From positions 289 to 64,288 of the forward strand of contig DASWID010000101.1 of assembly GCA_036397855.1 (NCBI GenBank): DNA of 64,000 nucleotides, written 5' to 3'. Shown here one piece after another: positions 30,228-40,554 of this stretch (its first letter is position 1; every line of letters starts with the position of its first letter). Made by a program: the position numbers and the translations under genes. Below the pieces are notes generated by a model that did no database searches, was not told the origin of the DNA, and worked only from the letters and a program-made list of their open reading frames with translations. Source of the DNA: Thermodesulfobacteriota bacterium. Lineage in GTDB: Bacteria > Desulfobacterota_D > UBA1144 > Nemesobacterales > CSP1-2.

Positions 30228-30986
30228 CTAGAGCCCTGTCGGCAAATCTATAAACATGCAGTGGATTCTAAATTTCCGCTTAACAACTTCTGCCAGGGCC
30301 TTTAATCCTAAGGTCTCTGTGGCGTGGTGGCCTGCAAAGATTACGTTCATTTTAGAATCCTGTGCCGTATAATAGACTTCGATTGCATCGCCAGTAATAT
30401 ATAGATCGACACCTGAATTCAATGCTTCGTAAAAACCTCCATATCCTCCACCGCCACTACAAACGGCAATAGTTTTGACTTTCTCCTTTCCAAACGGAAG
30501 CACAATACAATTTGTATTCAATTCGGTGTTTAGTTTCCGCCCGATTTGTTTCAATGAGACTGCTCTTTTAGTCATACCAATCCAACCGATATTTTTACCC
30601 CCATGTAACAAGAATTCACTGTTGATCGTTACTCCAAGCAATTTCAACAGCCGAGCATTGTTTCCGACTATCCTATGTCTGTCCAAAGGTAGGTGGCAGG
30701 CATATAGCGACATCTGGTGTTTATACAGAATATCTATCCTTTCTCTTGCCCAACCGGTTATTGAAGGGTTTTGTGTGTGCCAAAAATGTCCATGATGTAC
30801 AACAATTAAATCGGCTTGTTTCTCTATGGCTATTTTAAATGTTTCTATGCTTGCATCAACCGCAAAGGCAATTTTCTTTACTTCTGATTTGCCCTCGAGT
30901 TGAAGCCCATTCCAGCATGTGTCTTTTATGTCATCTATTTTCAGATAGTTATTTAAGAACTCGACGATATTTGCTAACTTTGTCAT
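30228..30986 (-). CDS. Nif3-like dinuclear metal centre protein (YqfO/GCH1-2 family)
   Basis: NIF3 family N- and C-terminal His/Glu-rich blocks. Confidence 0.7.
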   Translation of the reverse strand: MTKLANIVEFLNNYLKIDDIKDTCWNGLQLEGKSEVKKIAFAVDASIETFKIAIEKQADLIVVHHGHFWHTQNPSITGWARERIDILYKHQMSLYACHLPLDRHRIVGNNARLLKLLGVTINSEFLLHGGKNIGWIGMTKRAVSLKQIGRKLNTELNTNCIVLPFGKEKVKTIAVCSGGGGYGGFYEALNSGVDLYITGDAIEVYYTAQDSKMNVIFAGHHATETLGLKALAEVVKRKFRIHCMFIDLPTGL

Positions 30987-31051
30987 TATTTAAAAATACT
31001 GATACTAACGAAATTTTTGCGAAAAATTGAAAAAATATTTATTAGTAAAAA

Positions 31052-31125
31052 TGGCTGGGGGACTAGGATTCGAACCTAGACTTATGGGTCCAGAGCCCAT
31101 CGTCCTGCCGTTAGACGATCCCCCA
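31052..31125 (-). tRNA. tRNA-Gln (anticodon CTG)
   Basis: Acceptor TGGGGGA/TCCCCCA, 3-bp D-stem, anticodon loop CTCTGGA, T-loop TTCGAAT, CCA encoded. Confidence 0.8.
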
Positions 31126-31266
31126 GTTGAAGGTCCTTAGTATTTATAAAATCATCATTTCAGTCAAGATCTAGTCTAGTGATCTATTCTATTGCATATT
31201 TGTATATAATACATAAAATAATTTTGTCTAGGCGTAAAATTCCCAAATAGGAGGATTTAATATCAT

Positions 31267-31446
31267 ATGCCTGCAAAAATTATCACTGTTAGGGCTAAAA
31301 CTAAAGAGGAGCTCAAAAAGCAAGTCTCGAAGGAAATAAAGGAGGCGGCTAAGAAAGGACTTACCTATATTTCACAGGGCTATAGTGACAACAGGGTAAA
31401 AAAGATCAAGGGGGCTTATCAGATTGATCTTACGGTTCATTCATAG
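31267..31446 (+). CDS. small 59-aa protein (absent from the ORF track)
   Basis: AGGAGG RBS 10 nt upstream of the ATG; Lys-rich sequence; 24 nt upstream of queF. Confidence 0.45.
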   Translation: MPAKIITVRAKTKEELKKQVSKEIKEAAKKGLTYISQGYSDNRVKKIKGAYQIDLTVHS

Positions 31447-31469
31447 CATCTGATTCGTCAGATTAAATT

Positions 31470-31838
31470 ATGGGCAGCGAAATACTTGAAACATTCAAAA
31501 ACCAATATTCGGGAAGGGAGTATGAGATTGATATAACATGTCCCGAATTCACTTCGATATGCCCAAGGACGGGACAGCCTGACTTTGCTGTTATAAGAAT
31601 CAAGTATGTACCTGACAAACTTTGTGTAGAGCTTAAGTCTCTTAAGCTCTATATACACTCTTACAGAAACGTGGGAGAGTTTCACGAGCATGTGACAAAT
31701 AAGATACTCGATGATCTCGTGGGTGCCTGCAAACCTTTGAGAGCCGAAGTAATTGGTGACTTTAATGTGAGGGGTGGAATAAAAACGGTAGTAAGAGCAA
31801 CGTACTCTAAGAGAAACAAAGGCAAAAAAAAGATCTAA
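31470..31838 (+). CDS. queF: NADPH-dependent 7-cyano-7-deazaguanine reductase
   Basis: QueF motif E(L)KSLKLY and catalytic Cys in the ICPRTGQPD block. Confidence 0.9.
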   Translation: MGSEILETFKNQYSGREYEIDITCPEFTSICPRTGQPDFAVIRIKYVPDKLCVELKSLKLYIHSYRNVGEFHEHVTNKILDDLVGACKPLRAEVIGDFNVRGGIKTVVRATYSKRNKGKKKI

Positions 31839-31997
31839 ATTAATGTCAATCGCATTCAATTCAATGGTTAGGAAATTTTTTTACCACGAGTCAAATTATC
31901 GATAACTAATGCTAGAAATCGAGTTATAGTCTATCTGGACTGGCCATTTTACGGCAACTGTTTTAATTTGTGTAGTGGAATTGAGTAATATAGTCTC

Positions 31998-32819
31998 TTG
32001 ATCGTTATGTTATTAAAGGTACAGGTAATTACGACCGCTATAATTATAATCACCATTATAGGCGTAGCTGTAGCTGCTCCTTATATAACACCTTACGCGT
32101 ATTATGATGCAGATTTTAATAACCTTTTAAAATCTCCCAGTGAAAAGCATCTCATGGGAACCGATGAAGAGGGGAGGGATCTTTTGAGCAGGGTCATTTA
32201 CGGGGCGAGGGTTTCTATCTTTGTTGCTCTTGGGACTGCATTCGTTGCGTTTTTTATCGGTACGATCTATGGGGCTATTTCCGGTTACGTGGGGGGAAAG
32301 CTTGACGAGGTAATGATGAGGATAGTAGATGTATTCTATTCGCTTCCGGATCTCCTGCTTATTGTACTTATTACTTTGGTGATAGGAAGGGGGGTATTGG
32401 GTATTGTAATAGCTCTTGGACTTACCGCTTGGATGAGAGTTGCAAGAATTGTTAGGGGCACGGTCATGCAACTTAAGACAGTGGATTTTATAGAGTCGGC
32501 TCGAAGTCTCGGTGCATCTCCCTCGAGAATACTAACGGTTCATATCTTCCCGAATATATTGAGTCCACTAATTATTACGGTTACTTTTTCTGTTCCGTAT
32601 GCCATATTGGCTGAATCTACATTAAGCTTCCTTGGGCTAGGGATTTCTCCACCGGAGTCGAGCTGGGGCACGCTCGCCAGCACTGGTTGGCAGGGAATCA
32701 GGACGTTTCCTCATCTCATTGTCTTCCCTAGTGTTGCTATTTTCATAACAGCATTTTCATTTAATCTTTTCGGTGAAGGGATAAGAGATATGCTAGATCC
32801 TAAAATTGGCAGGACATAA
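31998..32819 (+). CDS. ABC transporter permease (OppC/DppC-like), orphan
   Basis: Six TM helices with the EAA-like loop RIVRGTVMQL...ARSLGAS; no partner ATPase or binding-protein genes adjacent. Confidence 0.7.
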   Translation: MIVMLLKVQVITTAIIIITIIGVAVAAPYITPYAYYDADFNNLLKSPSEKHLMGTDEEGRDLLSRVIYGARVSIFVALGTAFVAFFIGTIYGAISGYVGGKLDEVMMRIVDVFYSLPDLLLIVLITLVIGRGVLGIVIALGLTAWMRVARIVRGTVMQLKTVDFIESARSLGASPSRILTVHIFPNILSPLIITVTFSVPYAILAESTLSFLGLGISPPESSWGTLASTGWQGIRTFPHLIVFPSVAIFITAFSFNLFGEGIRDMLDPKIGRT

Positions 32820-32822
32820 ACT

Positions 32823-34859
32823 ATGGAGAAATTGTTCTTAAAGATCGAAGAACTTATTAATTTTGAAATACATATCGCCTCGAAAACTCTCTTCTCCATT
32901 GTTTTGATTTTAATAACCTTAGTATTTTTTACCCAAACATCTCAAGCAGAAATAAATTGCACTTATTTGGCTAATCAACAGATGAGTAATAGTCCCAAGG
33001 AGAGATACAAAAGAGGATACTGCTTGATAAATTTAGGAAGATTTCAAGAGGGAATATCAGTGCTTGATGGTCTCGAAAATGAATTGTCACTCATATCCGA
33101 TTACATTCTATATTATCAAGCCATTGGACAAAAGGGTTTAAGGAATTCGCAGGGCGCCGAGAAACTTCTTAATCAAATCATAAGTTCCTTTCCCTCGACG
33201 GGGGTCAGGGAAAGGGCTTTGACAGGTCTTGGAGATATCTACCTTGAGACCGGTAATTATGATAAAGCTGCGAATGTATTTAGTACCTTATACGATGAGG
33301 AGACGGATCGAGAGGATAAGGCCTTATTTTTAAGTAAATTGGGGAGCTCTTTGCAGAGTCAGGGTAAGTATATGGAAGCTACCAGTGTATATAAATCGCT
33401 GTGGGTAGAGTATCCGGATAGTATTTTTGAGGATGTCGCATACAACAATGCAATTTACATAGGTAGTACCCGGGGGATTCCATTTACAGTTAGTGAATCA
33501 GATTATCTAAAAAGGGCTGAGATATTGTTTGATAGCTCAATGTGGAGCTCTTCGCTTGAGGATTTTAATAAGGTTACAAAAACAAGCGATGTTAAGACTA
33601 AAATGGGAATTGCTATGTTTCATATTGGTAGGCTAAATGAAGCTTTGAATCTATTGGGGCAGATCGATTCGCCGGAATCCCTGTATTGGAGAGCAAAAAT
33701 TAGGGCTAAGCAAGGTCGTGATGGAGAGGCATCTGAACTCTATAGGACAATTCATCTAACTTATCCGAGTAGTCCATTAGCTCCGGAGGGTCTATATAAT
33801 GCTGCTAGGCTCTATCAGATAAACGACAACATAGATAAAGCTATAAATATATTTGATGAGCTTATAAGAAAATATCCTAATAGTGAGTTTGCCGAGGATG
33901 GTGCCTGGAATCTTGGATGGATATATTACAGCCAGGGAAAGTTAAATCAAGCGCTGTCTACCTTTTCCGCCTTCACAAATTCTTCGGTATCTTTCAATTC
34001 TACAAATAATAAATATTGGAAGGCTAAAGTTCTAGAAAAACAAGGGAAAAAAGCAGAAGCCTTTGCCATTTATGATGAGCTAGCAACGTCTCAAGCCCCT
34101 TCTTATCATTCTTACCTTGCACAAATTAAGACGGGACAAAAACCCAGCTTACGAAGTTTCGCCCCAGAGGCTTATGCTCAATCGGACAATAGTGATTCGA
34201 AGAGACTTAAGGTCGATTTATTAGCTGAGCTGGAAATGTTTGACGACGCTTCGTTAGAAATAGACGGAATACTCAAGCAATCGAATACCGATAAAGACCT
34301 TATCCAGGTGAGTCTTCTTTATGCCAGAGTTAACGATTTTTATAACTCTGTTAAAGTAGCTGAGGGCTTAAATTCACCCTTTGCGATTAGCCTTTCCTAT
34401 CCGCGGGCGTATAGCGAGATTGTAAAGGCCTATGCAAAAAAATATAATGTGGATGAATACATAGTCTATTCAATAATGAGGGAGGAGAGCAGATTTCAAA
34501 AGGATGTTCGATCTCCTGCCAACGCGATCGGATTGATGCAGCTGCTTCCAGCAACGGCGAGCTTAACTGCGAGGGAAGTTGGTTTGAATGGTTTTAATAC
34601 AGAGATGCTGAATATCCCCAGGGTAAATATTGAATTGGGTATTTATTATTTTAAGAAGGTGTTGAGCATGTTTAATGGCGATATTCATCTGGCCCTTGCT
34701 AGTTATAATGCAGGGCCTAATAGGGCTGAAGATTGGCTAATCACGTTTCCAAATCTTCCAAAAGATGAGTTTGTCGAGGAAATTCCCTTCAGGGAGACTA
34801 GAAACTATATAAGAAGGATTTTAAGGAGCTATGGGGCATATAAGGCAATTTATGATTAA
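32823..34859 (+). CDS. soluble lytic murein transglycosylase-like protein (TPR-rich N-terminus + SLT domain)
   Basis: C-terminal SLT catalytic block ESRFQ...GLMQL...YNAG; TPR-like repeats; signal/anchor at the N-terminus. Confidence 0.8.
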   Translation: MEKLFLKIEELINFEIHIASKTLFSIVLILITLVFFTQTSQAEINCTYLANQQMSNSPKERYKRGYCLINLGRFQEGISVLDGLENELSLISDYILYYQAIGQKGLRNSQGAEKLLNQIISSFPSTGVRERALTGLGDIYLETGNYDKAANVFSTLYDEETDREDKALFLSKLGSSLQSQGKYMEATSVYKSLWVEYPDSIFEDVAYNNAIYIGSTRGIPFTVSESDYLKRAEILFDSSMWSSSLEDFNKVTKTSDVKTKMGIAMFHIGRLNEALNLLGQIDSPESLYWRAKIRAKQGRDGEASELYRTIHLTYPSSPLAPEGLYNAARLYQINDNIDKAINIFDELIRKYPNSEFAEDGAWNLGWIYYSQGKLNQALSTFSAFTNSSVSFNSTNNKYWKAKVLEKQGKKAEAFAIYDELATSQAPSYHSYLAQIKTGQKPSLRSFAPEAYAQSDNSDSKRLKVDLLAELEMFDDASLEIDGILKQSNTDKDLIQVSLLYARVNDFYNSVKVAEGLNSPFAISLSYPRAYSEIVKAYAKKYNVDEYIVYSIMREESRFQKDVRSPANAIGLMQLLPATASLTAREVGLNGFNTEMLNIPRVNIELGIYYFKKVLSMFNGDIHLALASYNAGPNRAEDWLITFPNLPKDEFVEEIPFRETRNYIRRILRSYGAYKAIYD

Positions 34860-34899
34860 AAACTCTTGCCAACTCATTAGCCACAGAGATGAAAGATAA

Positions 34900-35030
34900 A
34901 TTCCAAATCTTAATTCACGAATTACAAACAATTTTCAATTTCAAGATCATAAACGATAGATATTTGGTGCTTGAAATTTGCTTTATTGTTTGTGCCTTCG
35001 TGCCTTTGTGGCAAGGTATTTTTTACAACC
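34900..35030 (+). repeat. intergenic repeat element copy R1 (downstream of hisH)
   Basis: Shares aattacaaa / tttcaatttc / ttggtgcttgaaatttg / gtgccttcgtgcctttgtgg blocks with 35700-35860. Confidence 0.6.
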
Positions 35031-35663
35031 TTACAATCTTTTTTTCTCTTTACACAAGAGTGCAAAGTTACTTAGAATCCTGAGTCCCAGATTACTACTC
35101 TTTTCGGGGTGGAATTGGCAAGCAAAGATGTTTCCCTTACTCACGGCGCATGTGAAATCTATACCGTAGGTGGTCCTCCCTACGATAATTTCCTGATCTT
35201 CAGGCTCTGGATAGTATGAGTGTACAAAATAGAACCAGCTCCTATTTGGTATTCCTTTAAGTAAAGGTGTTTCTTTAGCAAGTTCGACTTGATTCCAACC
35301 CATGTGAGGTATTTTTAGCCTTTTGTCGTTGAATTTTGGGAATTTAACAATCTTGCCATTGAAGATTCCCAGTCCTGTGATTCCTGGTGACTCCTCACTT
35401 TCCTCAAACAGGACTTGCAGTCCGAGACAAATTCCCAGGAAAGGCTTTTCTTCTATTATGGATTTTTTAATTGGCTCTATTAGACTAAATTCACCAAGAT
35501 TTCTAACGCAATCACCGAATGCGCCAACCCCAGGAAGCACAATACCACTTGAATTTAGAATCTCTTCGGGGTTTCTAGTTACAGACGTTGAATATCCAAG
35601 GCTTTCGAAACCCTTGCTGACACTTCTGAGATTTCCCATTCCATAATCGATTATCGCAATCAT
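35031..35663 (-). CDS. hisH: imidazole glycerol phosphate synthase glutaminase subunit
   Basis: Class-I GATase triad context (GICLGLQ, HPE). Confidence 0.9.
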   Translation of the reverse strand: MIAIIDYGMGNLRSVSKGFESLGYSTSVTRNPEEILNSSGIVLPGVGAFGDCVRNLGEFSLIEPIKKSIIEEKPFLGICLGLQVLFEESEESPGITGLGIFNGKIVKFPKFNDKRLKIPHMGWNQVELAKETPLLKGIPNRSWFYFVHSYYPEPEDQEIIVGRTTYGIDFTCAVSKGNIFACQFHPEKSSNLGLRILSNFALLCKEKKRL

Positions 35664-35699
35664 TTAACTTTTCGTCGGCTTTTTAGCCGCAAAGACACC

Positions 35700-35860
35700 A
35701 ATTTAACAAATTACAAATCTCAAATGACAAATTCCAAACGAGTTTCAATTTCCAAACTTTGAAAATTGATTTTTGGTGCTTGTAATTTGTCTGCAATTTG
35801 GAACTTGGTCATCGAATTTCGCTTTATACTACGTGTCTTCGTACCTTCGTGGCTCATATC
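35700..35860 (+). repeat. intergenic repeat element copy R2 (between hisB and hisH), with a ~40-bp insertion relative to R1
   Basis: Same conserved blocks as R1. Confidence 0.6.
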
Positions 35861-35866
35861 CAACAC

Positions 35867-36454
35867 TCAAAGTTTTCCCTTGGTTGAAGGAATTCCTTTT
35901 GAGCGTGCATCGATCATAGATGCTCGATCGAGTGCCCGGCCTACAGCCTTAAAGGCTGCTTCGATTATATGATGGATGTTATCCCCGTGTTTTAATTCAA
36001 TGTGCAGATTGCACATGAGACTATTCGATAATGATTTAAAAAACTCTTTTTCTAGTTCAACGTCAAAATCACCAACTTTACCCTTTTGTCTCAGGACCTT
36101 ATGGACGAAAAAAGGTCTACCGCTAAGGTCAACTGAGGCAAAAATAAGGGTTTCATCGAAGGGAACGAAAGCTTCTCCGAATCTGGCTATTCCTCTTTTG
36201 TCTCCAAGTGCTTTCAAGAGTGCTTCGCCCAAAGCAAGTCCGACATCCTCAACCGTATGGTGGTAATCTATATCTATGTCTCCCTTAGCTTTAATTTTTA
36301 GATCGAAATAACCGTGCTTTGCAAACTGTGATAGCATATGATTGAAAAACGGTATGCCAGTTTCAATGTCATACTTGCCTTTTCCATCGAGGTTGATGTC
36401 TACTGATACAGTAACTTCAGATGTTTTTCTTTCTACTTTTGCTTTTCTTGACAT
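35867..36454 (-). CDS. hisB: imidazoleglycerol-phosphate dehydratase
   Basis: IGPD metal-binding His/Glu blocks (HHxxE...HxxE). Confidence 0.9.
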   Translation of the reverse strand: MSRKAKVERKTSEVTVSVDINLDGKGKYDIETGIPFFNHMLSQFAKHGYFDLKIKAKGDIDIDYHHTVEDVGLALGEALLKALGDKRGIARFGEAFVPFDETLIFASVDLSGRPFFVHKVLRQKGKVGDFDVELEKEFFKSLSNSLMCNLHIELKHGDNIHHIIEAAFKAVGRALDRASMIDARSKGIPSTKGKL

Positions 36455-36500
36455 AACGGATGCTTAGAATCATATCAGGAAATCAGGCTGTATCCAATCA

Positions 36501-37727
36501 TTACCCTTTATTCTTAGTTATTAATTTCACTTCCTCAATTAGGCGAGAAGAGGCTTTCGTGACAATGAAAGTGTAGTTTCTGTGCGAAACCTTGTCGCCA
36601 ACTTTAGGGATAGAGCCAACGTCTGTAAGAAGAAAACCACTCAGTGTATCGTATTCTCCCTCTGGAATTCCAAGCCCCAAATCCTCATTTACCTTCTCTA
36701 TCTCAATCCTTGGGTTTATTAGGTATTCACTTTCCGAGATTTTCCTCCAGAGCCTAATACCTTTGTCGTATTCATCCTCAATCTCACCAACAACTTCTTC
36801 AAGAATATCTTCGAGAGTTATTACTCCGTCAGCTCCACCATATTCGTCAACAACCACAGCAATTCCAGAATGTCCCCTTTTCATTTCATCTAGAAGCGCG
36901 TCTACTGATTTTGCTTCTGGAATATAAAAGGGCGTGCGCGAGTAATTCTTTATATGATCATCTGGTTTTGCACCGAGTAGATCGAATGCATGGAGCATGC
37001 CTGTGATATTATCTATTCTTTCATGGTAGGTCGGAATTCTCGAGTGCCCTGTCTCTTTCATCATATTAACAGCCTCTTTTACCGGTGCATCTTCATCTAG
37101 GGCACAGACCTGAATTAATGGAATCATAATCTCATCCACCCTCGTCTCGGAAAATCTGAATATTCTTTTTATGATCTTTTCCCTGTACCCACCCTGGCGA
37201 GTTATTTGATCTACCTCAATTGCGTGAAGGAGCTCCTCTCTTGTTATGAATGGGTTTTCTGTACTTCCGATAAGATTTAATAGGCCTCTCACAAAAATGT
37301 TAATCATATATAAAATTGGTGAAAATATCCTCGATGCAAGCCAGAGAGGATAGGTTGACCAGAGGACCATAGTGCTACCTCTTTTCTGAAAAACAGCTTT
37401 AGGCACAACTTGGCCAAAGATAACGATCAGAGGAGATAGAATTAGTATCACATAGTATTCCTTATTTGGGTACTTATCTTGGATGTAAAAGGTCAGGACT
37501 ACTGTGCTTGTGACAAGGGCAAGGTTTATCCCAACCAGGGCTGTGCTTATAAAACGCTCGATCTCTTGGAAGGATTTAAGTACGAGTTTTGCCCTCTTTG
37601 AGCCCTCCTCAGCAAGGGCTTTCATCTTTATTTTATCGCATGAAACAAGTGCAATCTCAGAACCTGCAAAGAAAGCCTGAAGAATGAGGGAGGTTGCTAT
37701 TATTATAACGACTACTTCAAGCGACAT
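36501..37727 (-). CDS. hemolysin/CNNM family protein (DUF21 + CBS pair + CorC_HlyC)
   Basis: N-terminal 4-TM DUF21, CBS pair, C-terminal transporter-associated domain. Confidence 0.75.
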   Translation of the reverse strand: MSLEVVVIIIATSLILQAFFAGSEIALVSCDKIKMKALAEEGSKRAKLVLKSFQEIERFISTALVGINLALVTSTVVLTFYIQDKYPNKEYYVILILSPLIVIFGQVVPKAVFQKRGSTMVLWSTYPLWLASRIFSPILYMINIFVRGLLNLIGSTENPFITREELLHAIEVDQITRQGGYREKIIKRIFRFSETRVDEIMIPLIQVCALDEDAPVKEAVNMMKETGHSRIPTYHERIDNITGMLHAFDLLGAKPDDHIKNYSRTPFYIPEAKSVDALLDEMKRGHSGIAVVVDEYGGADGVITLEDILEEVVGEIEDEYDKGIRLWRKISESEYLINPRIEIEKVNEDLGLGIPEGEYDTLSGFLLTDVGSIPKVGDKVSHRNYTFIVTKASSRLIEEVKLITKNKG

Positions 37728-39075
37728 TGATTTCCTCCTTTTTCAGTCTTTGGACTTTTAATTCAGAGATTCTTTTTCCAGACACCTTATTTATAGTGAA
37801 GGATATACTTCCATAATTAACATGCTCTCCCTCATGGGGAAACCTTCCAAAAAGATCAAACACAAAGCCTCCTACTGTTTCGTGGTCTTCTTCAGCAGGA
37901 AGGATTGATTTTTCAAGTTCAGCGCCCAGAGTATGAAGTCCTCCAAACCGCAGCACTGTAAAAAGAACTGTATCGTTAAATTCATCTTTCCTCATACTTC
38001 CAGGAATAAGAATCGCTTCACCTTCCTTTATAGTTATTGGTTGTCTGATAGCTCTTCTCTCATCCTCGATCTCACCAAACAGCTCTTCAAGGATATCCTC
38101 CATGGTGACAATGCCGTCCACTCTTCCATATTCATCTACAACTACTGCTATGTGCATTCTCTTTTGCTGAAACTCTCGCAGTAAATCAAATGCCCTTTTT
38201 GTCCTGGGAATGAAATAAGGAACTTTTATAAAGCTCTCAATTGTGATTCCATCCGAAGGATATGTTTGTAGAAGATCTTTGGCATACAGTATTCCAACTA
38301 TATTATCTCTGTCACCTTTATAGACAGGAATCCTTGAGAACCCTCTTTTTTTGACCTCATGTATCGCATCGGCAGGAGTCATGGTTACGGGGATAAAAAA
38401 ACTGTCAATACTTGGGGTCATGATCTTGTAAGCTGGGATCTCTTCCAGTTTAAATAGACTTGCTACTAGTTTTTTTTCTATATCTGTTACAACCCCTTCT
38501 TCGCTTCCAAGCCCTACCAATGCTTTTACCTCATCCGAGCTAAACCCGGTTTCGTGTTTGTATTCTATCTTCCCTGCAAGAAGCCACGTAAATCCTATTG
38601 AGAGAAACATTATAATCCATCTAATTGGAGTTATAAGCGTATGAAAAAGGTTTAGTGGATAAGAAACAATTCCTGAAAGTAGTCTGGGATACTTTACACC
38701 AATGGTCTTGGGACCTATCTCTCCAAGAAGAAGAAGACTTGGAGCCGAAATCCCAATACATATTAATGTAATTAACTCCTCGGATAGACCAGATTCGGAG
38801 CTACTATGTATCGTTTTTCTTATGGTTGAAGCTACTATACTCGCATAGGCAATGTTTATTACCTCATCTGCAAGAAGAATCGTAATTATCAGATTGTAGG
38901 GGTCCCTAAGCAACCTTTCTATAAGGACTGCGCTCTTTCGACCCTCCTTTTTAAGCTTCTCACGTTGATGTCTTCCGAGTGAAAAAAGCGAGCCCTCAGA
39001 CATAGAAAAAAAGCCTGATAGCATAAGAAAGATAACCATTAGAAAAAGGCTATAGCTTAAGGGTAAATCACTCAT
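37717..39075 (-). CDS. hemolysin/CNNM family protein, tandem paralog
   Basis: Same architecture as the 36501-37727 gene; 11-bp overlap with it. Confidence 0.75.
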   Translation of the reverse strand: MSDLPLSYSLFLMVIFLMLSGFFSMSEGSLFSLGRHQREKLKKEGRKSAVLIERLLRDPYNLIITILLADEVINIAYASIVASTIRKTIHSSSESGLSEELITLICIGISAPSLLLLGEIGPKTIGVKYPRLLSGIVSYPLNLFHTLITPIRWIIMFLSIGFTWLLAGKIEYKHETGFSSDEVKALVGLGSEEGVVTDIEKKLVASLFKLEEIPAYKIMTPSIDSFFIPVTMTPADAIHEVKKRGFSRIPVYKGDRDNIVGILYAKDLLQTYPSDGITIESFIKVPYFIPRTKRAFDLLREFQQKRMHIAVVVDEYGRVDGIVTMEDILEELFGEIEDERRAIRQPITIKEGEAILIPGSMRKDEFNDTVLFTVLRFGGLHTLGAELEKSILPAEEDHETVGGFVFDLFGRFPHEGEHVNYGSISFTINKVSGKRISELKVQRLKKEEINVA

Positions 39076-39177
39076 TTTAATTACTTAAAGTTTATTTGCC
39101 ACAGAGTAGACTGAGAACAAAATGAGAAGAAATTTATTATTATCTATATCGTCCTCTGTGTTCTCTGTGGCTAATAA

Positions 39178-40158
39178 TTATAAAAAGTGAATAAAACCTT
39201 TTCTCCTAACTTTTAACTCTGTTTCATACCTATCTAAAACTCTAACTGGGGGCTTATCTGTCACTTTTCCGATTTCTGTGATTTTTATATTAAGTCTCTT
39301 AGAGACCTTTTTTATTTCTTCTCTCTTATTTTCTGCGGAAGAAAAAAGGAGCTCATAGTCTTCTCCTCCGGAGAGTGCAATAGAATAAATGTCCCTTGAA
39401 AAATCGGAGATTCGCTCCTTATAGTTGGATGACAGTGGTATGCGATCAACGTATATCGTGGCACCTAAACCTTGTCTGATAGATATTCGTTCGAGGTCAA
39501 GCATAAGACCGTCGCTTATGTCGATCATAGAACTGACGAGTCTTTTTTTTGCGAGTTCTCGGCCGAGGTTAAGCCTTGGTTGAGGTCTTTTATGTCTCAT
39601 TATTAAATACTCATCGGACTCTGCAATTTTGCTACTCGCTAGTAACTTATGACCCAAAGCGGAATCTCCCAGCGTACCGCTGACGTATAGGAAGTCTCCC
39701 GGCTTCGCTCCGTTTCTTTTCACTATTAATTGTGGCTCTACTTCACCGAGCACAGTTATATCTATGAAAATTTTATTTGACGAACTTAGGTTACCTCCTA
39801 CCAACTCTAACCCAAATTCCTTGGCTCCGGACTCAAATCCATCCATTAACTCTTCGAGAAAGGCTTCGTCTTCTTGACTTGACAATCCCATAGATGCTAG
39901 GAAATATTTCGCTATTCCCCCCATCGCACCAATATCACTCACCGAAACGGCAACAGATCTCCTGGCAAGATCAGTAGCCGAGATAAGCTTTTTTATGAAA
40001 TGCACATCCTCGACTTGTGAGTCAGTAGTTGCAAGAAGTAGTCTTTCAGGGTGAACTTTTACCGCCGCTGTATCGTCACCAATCCCAAGAAAAACACTAT
40101 TAGATACCTTTTGAAATCGCGCTCTGATCCTTTCAAGAGCGCTCAGCTCATCGATCAT
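39178..40158 (-). CDS. thiL: thiamine-monophosphate kinase
   Basis: AIR-synthase-like fold with GDDTA...TTD blocks; 326 aa. Confidence 0.75.
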   Translation of the reverse strand: MIDELSALERIRARFQKVSNSVFLGIGDDTAAVKVHPERLLLATTDSQVEDVHFIKKLISATDLARRSVAVSVSDIGAMGGIAKYFLASMGLSSQEDEAFLEELMDGFESGAKEFGLELVGGNLSSSNKIFIDITVLGEVEPQLIVKRNGAKPGDFLYVSGTLGDSALGHKLLASSKIAESDEYLIMRHKRPQPRLNLGRELAKKRLVSSMIDISDGLMLDLERISIRQGLGATIYVDRIPLSSNYKERISDFSRDIYSIALSGGEDYELLFSSAENKREEIKKVSKRLNIKITEIGKVTDKPPVRVLDRYETELKVRRKGFIHFL

Positions 40159-40554
40159 TTTAGGTGAAAGCCGTGAATTGCGACTCCTTTTGGTATCCGT
40201 AAGTTGATTAATTTAAGTGAATTGAGCTTGGAGGAGTACTTTTGATAACCAAACTTGTAAATTTTTAAATCTGATCCGGTCTTATGCATAAGAGGGTTCT
40301 TGGTTTACATAAAGAGGCCATACCCCTACATACCATTCTATGACAAATAGTTTTTCATGTCAAACATTTTTGGGGACTCATTCTTAATTAGTCATGGTTC
40401 TCGTGGAGGTGCGGAATCTAGCTGCCATAGTTTGTATTTTGGTTAAGTGGCGACCGGAAAGTCCCTGCTGCATTACAAACGACCTGATAAGAATCAAGAA
40501 TTAGCTTGGTATGGATTTTGACACAACTTTTGTTAATCCCTACAATGTAAAGAC

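Noticed and set aside
34889-35972. Small ORFs 34889-35083 and 35766-35972 with similar peptides (EICFIVCAFVPLW vs EFRFILRVFVPSW)
   Set aside because: The similarity comes from the underlying noncoding nucleotide repeat flanking hisH. The reading frames are not conserved between the copies.
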